DNA of 61,527 nucleotides, counting the filler, from Asterionella formosa (Eukaryota), in assembly GCA_002256025.1 (NCBI GenBank). It is 20 parts of 20 records of this genome, joined end to end, with 100 filler letters (N's around TTAATTAATTAA, not from the genome) between each part and the next. Parts side by side here need not be neighbours in the genome. Positions count along the whole stretch, not along the records: positions 49,353 to 52,324 come from NKIB01014604.1; positions 52,425 to 55,392 come from NKIB01014605.1; positions 55,493 to 58,460 come from NKIB01014606.1; positions 58,561 to 61,527 come from NKIB01014607.1; 16 more parts are not named here. The stretch is one strand, 5' to 3'. The notes under the pieces were generated by a model. That model did not search any database, had not been told where the DNA came from, and saw only the letters and a list, made by a program, of their open reading frames with translations. The translations under genes were made by a program, and so were the position numbers. The stretch's first letter is position 1; each line of letters starts with the position of its first letter. Below, piece by piece: positions 50,434 to 61,527 of this stretch.

Positions 50434-51907
50434 TTAAGCTATCTTGCTAACTTGCTTCTTGTTACATCTTTTACGAAATTCGTCATAATGATCAACAAGT
50501 AGTTGAACTCTATTCCACCATTGACTTTGTTTACCCCCAGCCACTGTTTCATTCAAGAAGGTGCGGTGTGAAGTAACATGCAATTCCATGCAGTCACCCC
50601 GCACAGTATGCGCAATATGCTATGTGTCAGAACTTTCACAGTCAAGGTAACCATCGCTTTCTAATAGAATGTTATGGAGCAGACAGCATGATGTGAACGC
50701 ATTTTCGATATGCTCAGGTCGAGACAAGTTGTTCCAGTTCTTAAGAAATAACCATCAACTTTTCAATATACCAAAAGTACATTCAATCTATTTTCGAACT
50801 GACTCCACCATCATACCCCATGCCCTTTCTTTTCCATGTTCATTGCCGTATTTAATTGGACAATTCAACTCTGGCCATCGTAGGTAGTACCCTCCATCAC
50901 AAATGAAATAGTAGCCTTTACAAGTAATAGAAGACTCAACAGTGAGCACATTCCACTCTTGCCTGCCAAGAAACGAATTTCTATTGTGTAGATTGGAAAC
51001 AGCAGCATCAAACTTGACTATGTGTTTGTCATTTCTTGTTCCTGGGTGTAGGTAGCTAGCTGATTGATAAAATCTTTCTTCTGTGATCAGAAACAACCTC
51101 AAAAACAACTGAAGGATACCCCTTGGAACCTTTAAATATATTCTTCTGGTAGGCAGGACATCGATTCCATCCAATGTGCACACAATCAATTGAGCCTATA
51201 CAACCTGGAAGCCCAATGGAACTGTAATCATTTAGAATTCGTTGCAGTTGGTCATCATCTTCCTCTTCCTCTCTCAGTATGTATACATATTCATCCTTCT
51301 TTTCTGCAAACTTTGAAGTCCAGTGAATGAAAAATTTTCGGTGTACCTCTTTAGAGATTTCAGTTTGAATATACACATACAAATGGGAAGCACCAGTTGC
51401 TAGAGTGTTGAGAACACCCAGGAGGAGCAACTCAAGGTCCTTGCACAGAAGATTGGTGCAATCTTTCCTGTGCGGATCATACCAACCATTAGATATTGTC
51501 ATATCATAGAGTTTCAAGAATATGTCGAATGGAAGACGAAAAATTTTGCAAAAGAGTCGTGCTTCCCATGTGTTCATGTCCAATTGTAAGATGCGCTTTT
51601 CGTTTGTTAGGAACTTCTTCCACCAACATGACTCTTCCCTTGACACCAGAGGTCGTTTCTTTCTTTTTCGCTTAGCAGATGTTGTTGAATGGCAATTGCT
51701 GTTGGACGGTGATTGCTGATTCCCTCTTTCAGATTGAGCTTCCAAATGGAACTGAGAAACCAGCTCATTTCGCAATGCAGCTGGCAAGGCTGCTGGTAGT
51801 TGCCATGACAACCATTGTTGCTTCCATGGCTGCACACACTGTTGATAATGTGCCAGGAAGGTTGATGATAGCGTTGGCGGAGTCGTCATGTTACAAATTA
51901 TTATCAT
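50434..51907 (-). mobile_element. PIF/Harbinger transposase (Plant_tran-like), frameshifted
   Basis: GLPGCIGSIDCVH, GTRNDK, FICDGGY, ESVRK*IECTFGILK and CCLLHN. Frameshift at the TAGCTAGCT near 51053. Confidence 0.9.
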
Positions 51908-54900
51908 AAAACAAAAATATTAAAAGTAAAATTATTATAGGAAAAAGATATTTCGTCCCCCTCTTTTTGATAAACCCTTAAACCCTACTAGCCTACATAG
52001 TCTTCGTATAAACCACCAATACTTTTTTGCCACACGAATTTTAGTTGACTCCTCCACGACACTGCCGTGCTAACGCAAACAAAGACTCAATTGTAAACAC
52101 CTGGTAAATTGAATATTTTGATCAATATGTTGTAACAAAGAAATTACCTTTGCACAATACCTGTTGATGCCACTGTCTACACACCCATCAGTGTTGGGCA
52201 ATCTATTTTCTTCAGCAGCAGTTTGTGCTGAAAGTCGAATGAATAGCTCAAGAGAGGAATTGTGGACTAGATTATCAGAAGTTGCTGATACACTGCTGTG
52301 TGATTTGGGTGGGCTATCTTTCCANNNNNNNNNNNNNNNNNNNNNNNNNNNNNNNNNNNNNNNNNNNNTTAATTAATTAANNNNNNNNNNNNNNNNNNNN
52401 NNNNNNNNNNNNNNNNNNNNNNNNGTGGTGATGGCAGACCTATATTGGAAGCCCTTCAAATAATGGCAAAACTTCGAATTCACAAAATCTTGGAAAAGAA
52501 GCAAGAAAAATTGATCTCATAGTATTAGAGACTTAATAATAAAACGAAGATTGTATGAGAGTTGAGGCCTGTCGGAATAGAATATTAACGGAGAAGAGGT
52601 AAACAATAGAAGTGAGTTGGTCAAAATTGAGACTGACTACTGCCTCCCTGGGTTTGAGTTTCGTTGTCAAATGACCAGAATTCTCTTGGAATGTACCTCC
52701 AGCTGGAAAGCAAAGGAAAATAGGGTTGAAAAAGCCAAGCAGTGTGCAAAGGCAAAAATTCAAGTGCACTTTTCGAATTTATGTCTCAGTGACTTATTTA
52801 TGCAACTTTTCTAAAACATTATGCTGCTTTATCAGCTAAATATTATTTACTAGTGGTTATGTGGGCTATCTGGGGTACCCTGAGCATGAATCCAGCCATA
52901 CTTTTTTTGTAAAGGGTGGTAAAATTAGAGGCCCTCACGGTAGACGGGCGGCGCATACAACAATGCAGACCAAGCCAGTATTTTTGGGTGTTCATTTTAC
53001 AGGAGTCTGGTACAGCGGAATATGGAATGATCACAATCTACATGGCTCATATTTGATTAATTATAGACTGGTTCTCTGCCTATCACCATTCTTGCACCGT
53101 AGACATAATTATATAATCATAGTACCGAAATCAAGGAAAACCGCGATGATGATGGTGGTTGCCGCTGCATGGTCAGTTTGATGTGATTGTTATTCATTTA
53201 AACGTATACTTCTCACACCTCTACCTCCTTCCTAAAAAACAGTCTCGCATTAAAAAATTCAATATTCAATGAAAAATTGAGGTCGTTGTCAAGGTTCGTT
53301 CCTGGCGCTTTCCATGGTTTGATCTTGTTTTTTATTTCATTTATGTATTGCATTCTGATCATTGCAAACACTCACACAAGTAATATAGCTTGTATATCGG
53401 AAACTGAAATACTTTATGAAAGCTCCATTATAAAATAAGGTAAGAAACAAGATGATTTGTGTGTGCGCCTTGCCATTGTTATCTATTGAGCAACTCTAAA
53501 ATATTTATCTCTCTCCTATTTGCAGAAATCATTGTTGCTTCGCCTCCAACAATCAGCCATCACCACCAGATACTGGTGATAAAGAAACTAATAATACTTT
53601 GATTGAAGAGAAGGTTGGTATGCTACAATGAATGCTGCTAGAAAATTTATTTAAAGAATTCCAACGCAAGAAGCAAGCAGAGCAATGATTCTATATCAGC
53701 ATGCTGTTCAGCGATTTTGGCAACTACTAGTAGTAATGCTCCTATCTAGTCAATACAATGTAAATTATAGTTGCGGGAGATATTACAACAGCATTAATCT
53801 TATTGCAATAGCATTTTCGTTTAATTTTTCCCTTCATAGAAAGTATAGTTGATTGCTGCGAGCAATGATTGTGGTTGTGATACAGAAACTATAGGATCAG
53901 GAATACAGAAATAATGTTAGGTTGTCCCAAAATTTATGTGGGTTGGTTGCTTTAGAAAATAAATTATGCCAGTTGTCGAAACTATTTTAGTTCACTCCAG
54001 TCTTATATACTATATGATGCAAATTTTATATTTGATATCATACCCTTAAATTATGAACATTGTGCAATTAATCATATTGGGCCACCAAAATTATTAATTT
54101 GGGTGATCATATTTGACTAGCGTTTTTTCTGATGGCTGAACCAATAATCGGCGTTGTCGACATTAGAGATAGCTAGTAGCTAGGGCAGTCTTGTTGGGAA
54201 TGGCAGATTCCTTGACATCAACAGTCCATCCATCAACCATCATAATGATAAACCTGGCTGGTGGGATTAACACCATAAAGATTGACTGTATTGGGATTGT
54301 ACTAATAGGTCACCAGGACCTTGCCAAGAAACCTGAAGCTGGCCACAAGATTGCCATCCTCGTCATCTCGCATTGCAAATAATATTTGTAAGACAGCCAT
54401 CCAGGCGAGAACGATATTAGTCTTCGAATGTCAGCTCTATGAGAAGTAACAACAACAACTTATGCATGTTGCAGTAAGCGATGAACATCATAATTACTAC
54501 AGGAGTAGCAAAAATACTTACTGTTGATCCCTCTCCCGAAAATCACTTCTGTTGTTACCATTAGGGATGAAAATGGTGTTATTGCTGATTAATTTAATTA
54601 CAAGACGTATATTAAATATAAATATATATTGTTCCTTAACGCTGTATCTGCAGATATCTTGTGCAGATATCATACATTTTGGAACAACAACAAAATGTTG
54701 CTGGAAGCAGCATATCACCTGGACTTGGGATATAAAAAAATATTGCGACAAAAACATATTTCTCTGTCTCTGTTGAGAGATGTGGACTTTAGGCATTTAT
54801 ACTGGGATGGCAAATTTTGGTGGCTCGAGTCATGAGGACTGTGGACTCAACATAATCTAACAAGCCAAGTCATGCGCTGTTACGCCAATCAGCTGGTTAA

Positions 54901-55311
54901 CAAGATCGAAGATTGATGACTTCTATAGATATAGAATTCCAAGTTTTTTAAGTGGACATTCAATGTGACCTTTATAATGTCTTGAGAAGCAAAAGATGCA
55001 CATGAAAGAAAAAATAGTTTAGGTCAGTAATTTAAGAATTTACAAAACAATAAAGTAGTAAACAGTGTTAATTGGCGGGGAAAAGGTCCATTAGTTTTTC
55101 TTGCAGGGAGGCTAAAAGAGAAAGTAAAGGCTGTAGAGAATGTAAATGGTACAAGTGAGTACTACTAGCAAGCGAAATTCCAAGTAAAAGGTGCAAGCCC
55201 CCCACCCCACCCCAAAGCACCAGGCAGGCAGAATTACGATGCCTTCAACAAATATTTAGGTATGTGTTTCAAGTAGCTACTAATATCATGGAATATATCT
55301 TTCCTTAAATG

Positions 55312-55380
55312 TAGGAATGGGTAATGGCTTAGTGGTAAGCCCATATGTTGCGGTGGCAGGTTCGATTCCTGCATTCTTCA
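55312..55380 (+). pseudogene. tRNA-derived sequence (pseudo-tRNA or SINE head)
   Basis: A box TGGCTTAGTGG (55325), D-stem GCTT/AAGC, T-arm GCAGG-TTCGATT-CCTGC and a T-run downstream. The anticodon arm is too short. Confidence 0.6.
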
Positions 55381-55492
55381 CCTGTCTTTTTCNNNNNNNN
55401 NNNNNNNNNNNNNNNNNNNNNNNNNNNNNNNNNNNNTTAATTAATTAANNNNNNNNNNNNNNNNNNNNNNNNNNNNNNNNNNNNNNNNNNNN

Positions 55493-55548
55493 GCTTGAAA
55501 CTTGCCCTTGGCTTGAGCCTTCTTGGTAAACTTTCCTTTGCCACTCAT
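55493..55548 (-). CDS. Possible gene start (MSGKGKFTKKAQAKGKFQ), cut by the contig end
   Basis: catcATG context and an open basic frame to the contig edge; divergent from the PPTase. Confidence 0.35.
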
Positions 55549-55990
55549 GATGCGCCTTGTGCGACTTCTTCAGACTCTGGATGGTCTGGTACCCTCAGAT
55601 CTTGTCTCCGGACTCTCAATTGTCCGCTTGTTGTTGATTGTGGTATCACGGCTCTTCCTGGCCGGCTAATTCTATTAAAACTGTTGAAATTGCGTCCCGA
55701 AGCACTCTATGCTTTCTTGTATCCTGTAAGGACACGTCAGGGACCAAATAGGCTGTAGATATAACAACGATGTCTCCGTGATCGATTGTAATCGTTCCTA
55801 AGTGTTTTAATAGAATTATGGGTTTTTACTGTTGGCGTAGATTGTTTTCGAATTCTCTGGTACCATATTCTTTCTTGATTCATTCGATTCAATATGTAGT
55901 AGGTAATTTATACCGGGATTTTCTTTCCTAAAATATTTTCTCCAACACAAGTACCTCGAGACTCTGGCCAGTCCAGATTCCATTGTTGCA

Positions 55991-56423
55991 TTGTGGGATC
56001 CTTTTCCTACCAAGCCGATAGCGACAACGTCGTGGGAAAGACTCTTTGATCTGCAGCTGTCAGAAGGGCGGTGCATCGGCCTTGTGCTATCAGATGTTGA
56101 ACCGTCGCATGCAGATGCCTTGACACCGGAGGGGATTGCTCATGCCAAGCATTGGATTCATGACATGTTGCATCCTCAAGAAGTGTCCTTTGGAGTAGCT
56201 CAGCCATCGCATCATGCTCGGATGTCCTTCTTCCTGGGAAGGCTGGCCATGCGAGAAGCTCTGCGACTAGAGCGGCATACTTCGAAAAGCATTTCTATTC
56301 TTAAGGATGAGCATGGACGTCCGACTGTTCCGAATGGATATCTGGGTTCTATTAGTCACAAGGGTGCAACCGGAGTGGCATTGATCGCTACTACGACAGA
56401 GGAGCACATGGCAACAGGAATTA
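55991..56423 (+). pseudogene. 4'-phosphopantetheinyl transferase (EntD/Sfp-like) N-terminal half, truncated
   Basis: LHPQE, SFFLGRLAMREAL, ILKDEHGRP and GSISHK. The expected GxDxE and KE catalytic motifs are missing after ATGI. Confidence 0.78.
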
Positions 56424-57404
56424 GGAGAAAGGAGATAGGACGATGTGAAGGCCGATCACCTTAAAACAGCAACAGCAACGATGATGATGGAGCATTGAGT
56501 GTTGATAATTTTAATTATAATTAATTACTATAATATTCCTGCGGACGAGACTACTAATTTTCATGTAGGAAATAAATTTCAATTCACGAGATCGGTCATT
56601 CGACATATGGATTGACATACTATTTAATCTTTGGGACCGTAAGGTGGCCATAAAATTTCCCGAATACGAAGATCGAAGATTTTGCCGCGATAGCTTCGCA
56701 ATATTTGATCTTCGTATTTCATGCACCGTAAGTTTCAGCCGACCTGAGCTATTGCTCCAGCAATGCTTGATCATGACTCCGGACATTCGGTCGACTTACA
56801 GAAGTATGTTCGTACACCTGTAGTACAGTTGGTTCGAATTGGTCGTCTCGCAATCGAATAGTAGATGCATATTTCATCATCCTGCTCCCTGTCTCCCCTA
56901 CTGCTTGTAAATAGTAGCCTTTCTGGTTTTTTGTTCGGTGATTCCAACTTCCCATTCTTTCCAAAGAACAAATATAGTTTTGGTGTCTTGGAAGGTTACT
57001 CTCATTATCAGGATCCACATCCATGTTTGCTTGTTTGTCCACAATACCTGCTTGATTGTGGGTTTGTTGGTTCCTAGAGCAAGCTGTGTGACATGGACCT
57101 ATGGTAGTAGATTGCTTGGCAGGGTAGCCTACACATGTGGCTATTTAAATAGTTACAACAAACATAGCAAATGTTGACTATTCCACAAGCTCTACTAAAG
57201 TAGAACTTCAGCTAGCTCAAGAATGGATCTGACATATAGGGATAGTGCGGCAATGTAAACCAACCCAGATATATATGGTTCATCAGTTATAAACATGTTC
57301 TACTAAAATTTAGCCTAGTAAAAGGCATAATCACACATTTCAGGACACTTATTACAATGTTTGAATTCGAAGTAGAATATCATGATACAGTGATTTCCAT
57401 CTAA

Positions 57405-57630
57405 GACGCCGTTTACGGCACTTTTTCGAATTTATGTGTAAAGTGACGTATTTATGCTACTTTTTTAAAATATTATGTTACTTTTCTAAAATATTATGTT
57501 ACTTTTTTGAAATATTATGCTACTTTTTCCCTAATTTATTCGGGTTAAACAAAAATTTATTTCACTTATCGAATAATTATGTGATCACACCAATAATTAT
57601 GTGTGTTCGTGACAATATATGTTGACCAAC
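57405..57630 (+). mobile_element. PIF/Harbinger-like terminus (family Y) with 21-bp subterminal repeats
   Basis: Paralog of 27533..27714; the ttatgYtactttt...aaata unit occurs about 4 times. Confidence 0.72.
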
Positions 57631-57950
57631 TAGCCATCGCAACAGTTTAAAAGCGAAATTATGCTGCTCTGCCGCAATATTATGCTGCTTTCACCATATA
57701 ATGAACGAAAGAGTCGCCAATTCCGATACACTTATTATTTTTTCCGCTCCGACATATCACTTTGATCTGAACTGGCAAAGAATAACACATGCAAGAGGAA
57801 GATTCACACTGTAGAATTCAGCACACGTAGTAGTAGTAGTTGATGTTGTAGACACATAATTAAGTCATTGTTGATTGTAGAGATTACAATAGCCTGCCAG
57901 ATTGGAAATAAAGCACTGTTGGTCCTCGTTGAGCATCGTTTAGCATTGCA

Positions 57951-58460
57951 TGTCGCCGTAGCTAGTGAGTCAAAATTGAGATGCGCCGCAATGGCCTTCT
58001 CCGTTTCGGAGCAGCTACAAATAGTCTGCAGCAATAAGTCGAGCAAGTACAATATAGAAAAAGAAGGAAAGGATGCTGAGTAGCTCACAATAAGGAATTG
58101 AATCCGTTATTTCGTTAAGAAACAGCTGTTGCATATTTCAACCTTGGATGTCGCCGTAGTGAGTCAAAATTGAGATGTGCCGCAATGGCCTTCTCCGTTT
58201 CGGAGCAGCTACAAATAGTCTACAGCGATAACTCTAGCAAGTACAATATAGAAAAAGAAGGAAAGGATGCTGAGTAGCTGACAATAAGGAATTGAATCCG
58301 TTATTTCGTTCAGAAACAGCTGTTGCATATTTTAACCTTGCATGTCGCCGTAGTGAGTCAAAATTGAGATGTGCCGCAATGGCCTTCTCCGTTTCGGAGC
58401 AGCTACAAATAGTCTACAGCAATAAGTCGAGCAAGTACAATATAGAAATAGAAGGAAAGG
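57951..58460 (+). repeat. 194-bp tandem repeat, about 2.6 copies
   Basis: tgtcgccgta at 57951, 58149 and 58343; the first unit carries a GCTA insertion. Confidence 0.95.
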
Positions 58461-58749
58461 NNNNNNNNNNNNNNNNNNNNNNNNNNNNNNNNNNNNNNNN
58501 NNNNTTAATTAATTAANNNNNNNNNNNNNNNNNNNNNNNNNNNNNNNNNNNNNNNNNNNNGTCGCGTTGTCGCTATATTAATTTCTCAGCTTCGACTCCT
58601 TCGATTCGCATCGCGTGGTTTTTCTAGTGCGTCCGGTGCTCGTCTGGTATAACTCCATCGCGTCTGTCCTTGTCCGTAATATAAATTTCCACATTCCGAT
58701 ACTTAGCGGTAGTCCCCTTGTATGCTACTTTGGTACATTCAGTTTTTCA

Positions 58750-60697
58750 GCAATTCCCGCTCCAGGTACTATCATCTTGCCATTCGGGTACTTCTAAGTA
58801 ATTTTTAGGCTCTTGGTAATTTCTTAAGTAATTTTTATTTATGGGCAATAAGGGGCACATCGAATTTTTCGGTATAAAAATTGCCGATTTTAGCGTGACA
58901 ACCAGAATAACGGTAATATGCATAGAGATGGTACAACAAGCGTAAAACACACAAGAAGGATTGTAACGTGCAACATCAATGAAAGTTGAACATGATGTTT
59001 GGAGAAACCAAAGTATGAAATGCGATGTAATAAGTTGCATCAAATGAGAAATAGAAAAAAAAGTTTTGGGTTAGAAATGAAATAAAAAAATAAGAGTTCC
59101 AATGGAGACGTAGCTATGCATTGTGAATCATTGTAGTACTTACACAGGCAACATTGACTTTCCATTGCCATACAATCGAAGACCAAAAGAAGAAGAAAAA
59201 AGGCTGAACCAAATTTAGACCTGCATCGTTTTGTAGCGTTAATGGTCTGGTTTCTGCAACCATGTGCATCGCTGTTGTAGCCTGACACCAGTAGCAGTAT
59301 TTCCGCCACAGTCATTCGTCTCTGCCCACCAAACAGGCAACCCTGATCATTCCATTCTGAGCAAGCATGATCGCCACGCTGCTCCAGCACTATTGACTCT
59401 CTCTAGCTGAGTATTCGTCATGTAGCTTCTGATACGAACTCGTAGTAGCATTGTAGCAAAGCGCGTTAGTACAAGAAATGCATTGCTTGGCGGCAATATT
59501 GACCTCATTGTCAATGACTATACATATCAACAAATACAATCAACAACGGCACAATACCACATCTTCAATGAGTAGTCATTGATAAATGCATTGGTTCTTA
59601 TGTAGATATGTACAATCGAAACAAAACGACAGTGCATAACGACAAACAACGATGGAAGCAATCAAAACAAACCATGGAAGCAATCAAATCGGAAAGTCGA
59701 TAAATACAATCTACAATCCACATTCAGTGTTTCACTGTTGTACTTACCGATCCGCTTCAACTAGCATAATAAGCAGCAGACTATGGGATCAAAGAAATAC
59801 GAACGTTGCCTATTGCAAGCCCGAATAGAGCAAAGGCAGGCAAGATAGAGTGAGAACTATATTTGTGAGGACGAAATCGGGCATATGGTACGTAATATCA
59901 ATCAATATGTGAATGATATAATTTAACATTCAGGTCTCGTAAAAATATTACCGAGTCTACAGAGATAATATTATAACGTGTTCAAAGTAAGCGTTAAAGC
60001 ATAGCTTAAACCATGCATGGTTGTTTTTAGTACCACGTACGTATGTAGACTAGATGACTGCCGATACCGGTAGAATATCCGTTAAGCAACATTACATACA
60101 TGACCGGAGCAAAAACTTGCCACCAACATCAGATGTATCGATATCATCGTTTATCCGACGAAATATGGACGATGCGACTACATGAATGCCTTGAGAAGAC
60201 AAGCACTCCAACAACCAACCGCATCCGTTAGACAACGAGTCGCTTCTGGTGTCAACGCGGAACTGATTTTGCTTCAAACCGGTCATGATGGACAACGATT
60301 GGCATGGTGAAAGGTGAATTGCCGGAGTCCACTTTTCAGGAGACGAACAAAAACGAGGTGAATTCTAGATATAAATTATAAATTATCAAAATCTGTATAG
60401 TATATAAAATGGTTTCCTTAAGTAGATCCCTTGCCGATTTTGGCTATTCCAGGGCTGGAAAACCGAGGGGCAATCGCCGTCTGTTGTCTTGCCAAAATGC
60501 GAACATATGAAATATACAAAATATATTTTAATGATGGGCAATATCGGACCCATTGCAATTTTCGAGGTGAAGATAGGAAATATATGAAATATATTTTAAA
60601 TGATGGGCAATAATAGTAAGCAAAAAATCACATTTATGCTTTATTTGTGGGCAGTAGGTAAGCGAATGACGCGACGATAGCTAGAGCGGGAATTGCC
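58750..60697 (+). mobile_element. Non-autonomous TIR element X (~1.95 kb), Harbinger-like
   Basis: Imperfect ~38-bp TIRs GCAATTCCCGCTCYAG..CTATCRTC; TCA on both sides (58747 and 60698). Confidence 0.72.
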
Positions 60698-60700
60698 TCA

Positions 60701-60884
60701 ACAATACCCTTCTTGGCGGCTACTTGCCTTCTCGTATACATGTGTACTTGACTGGGATGGCACTCATAGGGTGACCTTCTTGCAGCAATGGGGGCGCCAC
60801 TCGTACTGTCAACCTACTCGTGCCACCCAGCCTTTAACACATGTATACTTACAGGCAAGAGACCACCTTGGGCGTGTATTGCCT
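60701..60884. mobile_element. Foldback MITE related to element X
   Basis: About 75-nt imperfect inverted arms; the end reads GGCAATACACGCCCAAG on the minus strand, similar to the element X TIR; TCA on both sides. Confidence 0.65.
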
Positions 60885-60887
60885 TCA

Positions 60888-61527
60888 GGAATTCCCGCTC
60901 CAGCAGGTACTATTGTCTTGCCATTCAGGTACTTCTAAGTAATTTTTAGGCTCTTTGTAATTTATTAAGTAATTTTTATTCAGTGGCAATATGGGGCACA
61001 TCGAATTTTTTGGTATTAAAATTGCCGATTTTAGCATCACAACCAGAATGATGGTAATATGCATGGAGATGGTACAACAAGCGTAAAACACACAAGAATG
61101 ATTGTAACGTGCAACATCAATGAAAGTTGAACATGATGTTTGGAGCAACCAAAGTATGAAATGCGATGTAATAAGTTGTGTCAAATAAGAAATTGAAAAA
61201 ATTGTTTTGGGTTAGAAATGAAGTAAACAATAGGAGTTTCAATGGAGACCCATGCATTGTGAATCATTGTAGTACTTACACAGGCAACATCATTACCACA
61301 CAATCGAAGACTGAAAGAAGAAGAAAAAAGGCTGAACCAAATTTAGACCTGCATCGTTATGTAGCGTTAATGGTCTGGTTGCTGCAACCATGCACATCGT
61401 TGTAGTAGCCTGACACCAGTAGCAGTATTTCCGCCACAGTCATTCCTCTCTGCCCACCAAACAGGCAACCCTGATCATTCCATTCTGAGCAAGCATGATC
61501 GCCACGCTGCTCCAGCACTATTGACTC
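60888..61527 (+). mobile_element. Second copy of element X, left end
   Basis: Direct repeat of 58750..59399, preceded by TCA. Confidence 0.9.

Noticed and set aside
52425..55300. Short ORFs here and in 9283..12000 and 43206..45100
   Set aside because: Fragmented frames with no motif I can recognise; probably old transposon relics but unassignable.
55312..55380. Functional tRNA gene
   Set aside because: The anticodon stem-loop cannot form and the acceptor register is disrupted.
56749..57042. KGYYLQAVG...SHD as a Harbinger catalytic fragment
   Set aside because: Spacing and flanking motifs do not fit well enough to support the call.

Overview
This is not one continuous locus. It is 20 unrelated contigs of about 3 kb (2998 down to 2967 nt, roughly size-sorted), joined by artificial 100-nt spacers (N44-TTAATTAATTAA-N44). 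Gene style (short GT-AG introns, standard code) and the transposon families point to a eukaryote, most likely a diatom; this is inferred from recalled families, with no database search. Intact host genes: F-actin capping protein alpha, a Josephin deubiquitinase, TRM112, and an ~895-aa protein with a MYND-like finger. There are also a frameshifted TM-LRR gene and a truncated PPTase. Most of the rest is nested, decaying transposable elements: CoDi-type Ty1/copia, LINE remnants, PIF/Harbinger elements and MITEs, a Crypton-like tyrosine recombinase, Kolobok/Mutator-like transposases, a pogo-like element and a Plavaka(CMC)-like family. The most interesting signals: (1) a copia 5' LTR whose primer-binding position is perfectly complementary to the predicted 5' end of its own transcript, suggesting Tf1-like self-priming; (2) a Plavaka-like family whose CGTCTGCAAATAAAAA termini can be reconstructed from five contigs; (3) lox-like palindromes beside the tyrosine recombinase; (4) a compact pseudoknot in a copia 3' UTR; (5) window-wide enrichment of TA-[C..G]-TA motifs that look like transposon excision footprints; (6) a TCA-separated train of related TIR elements.
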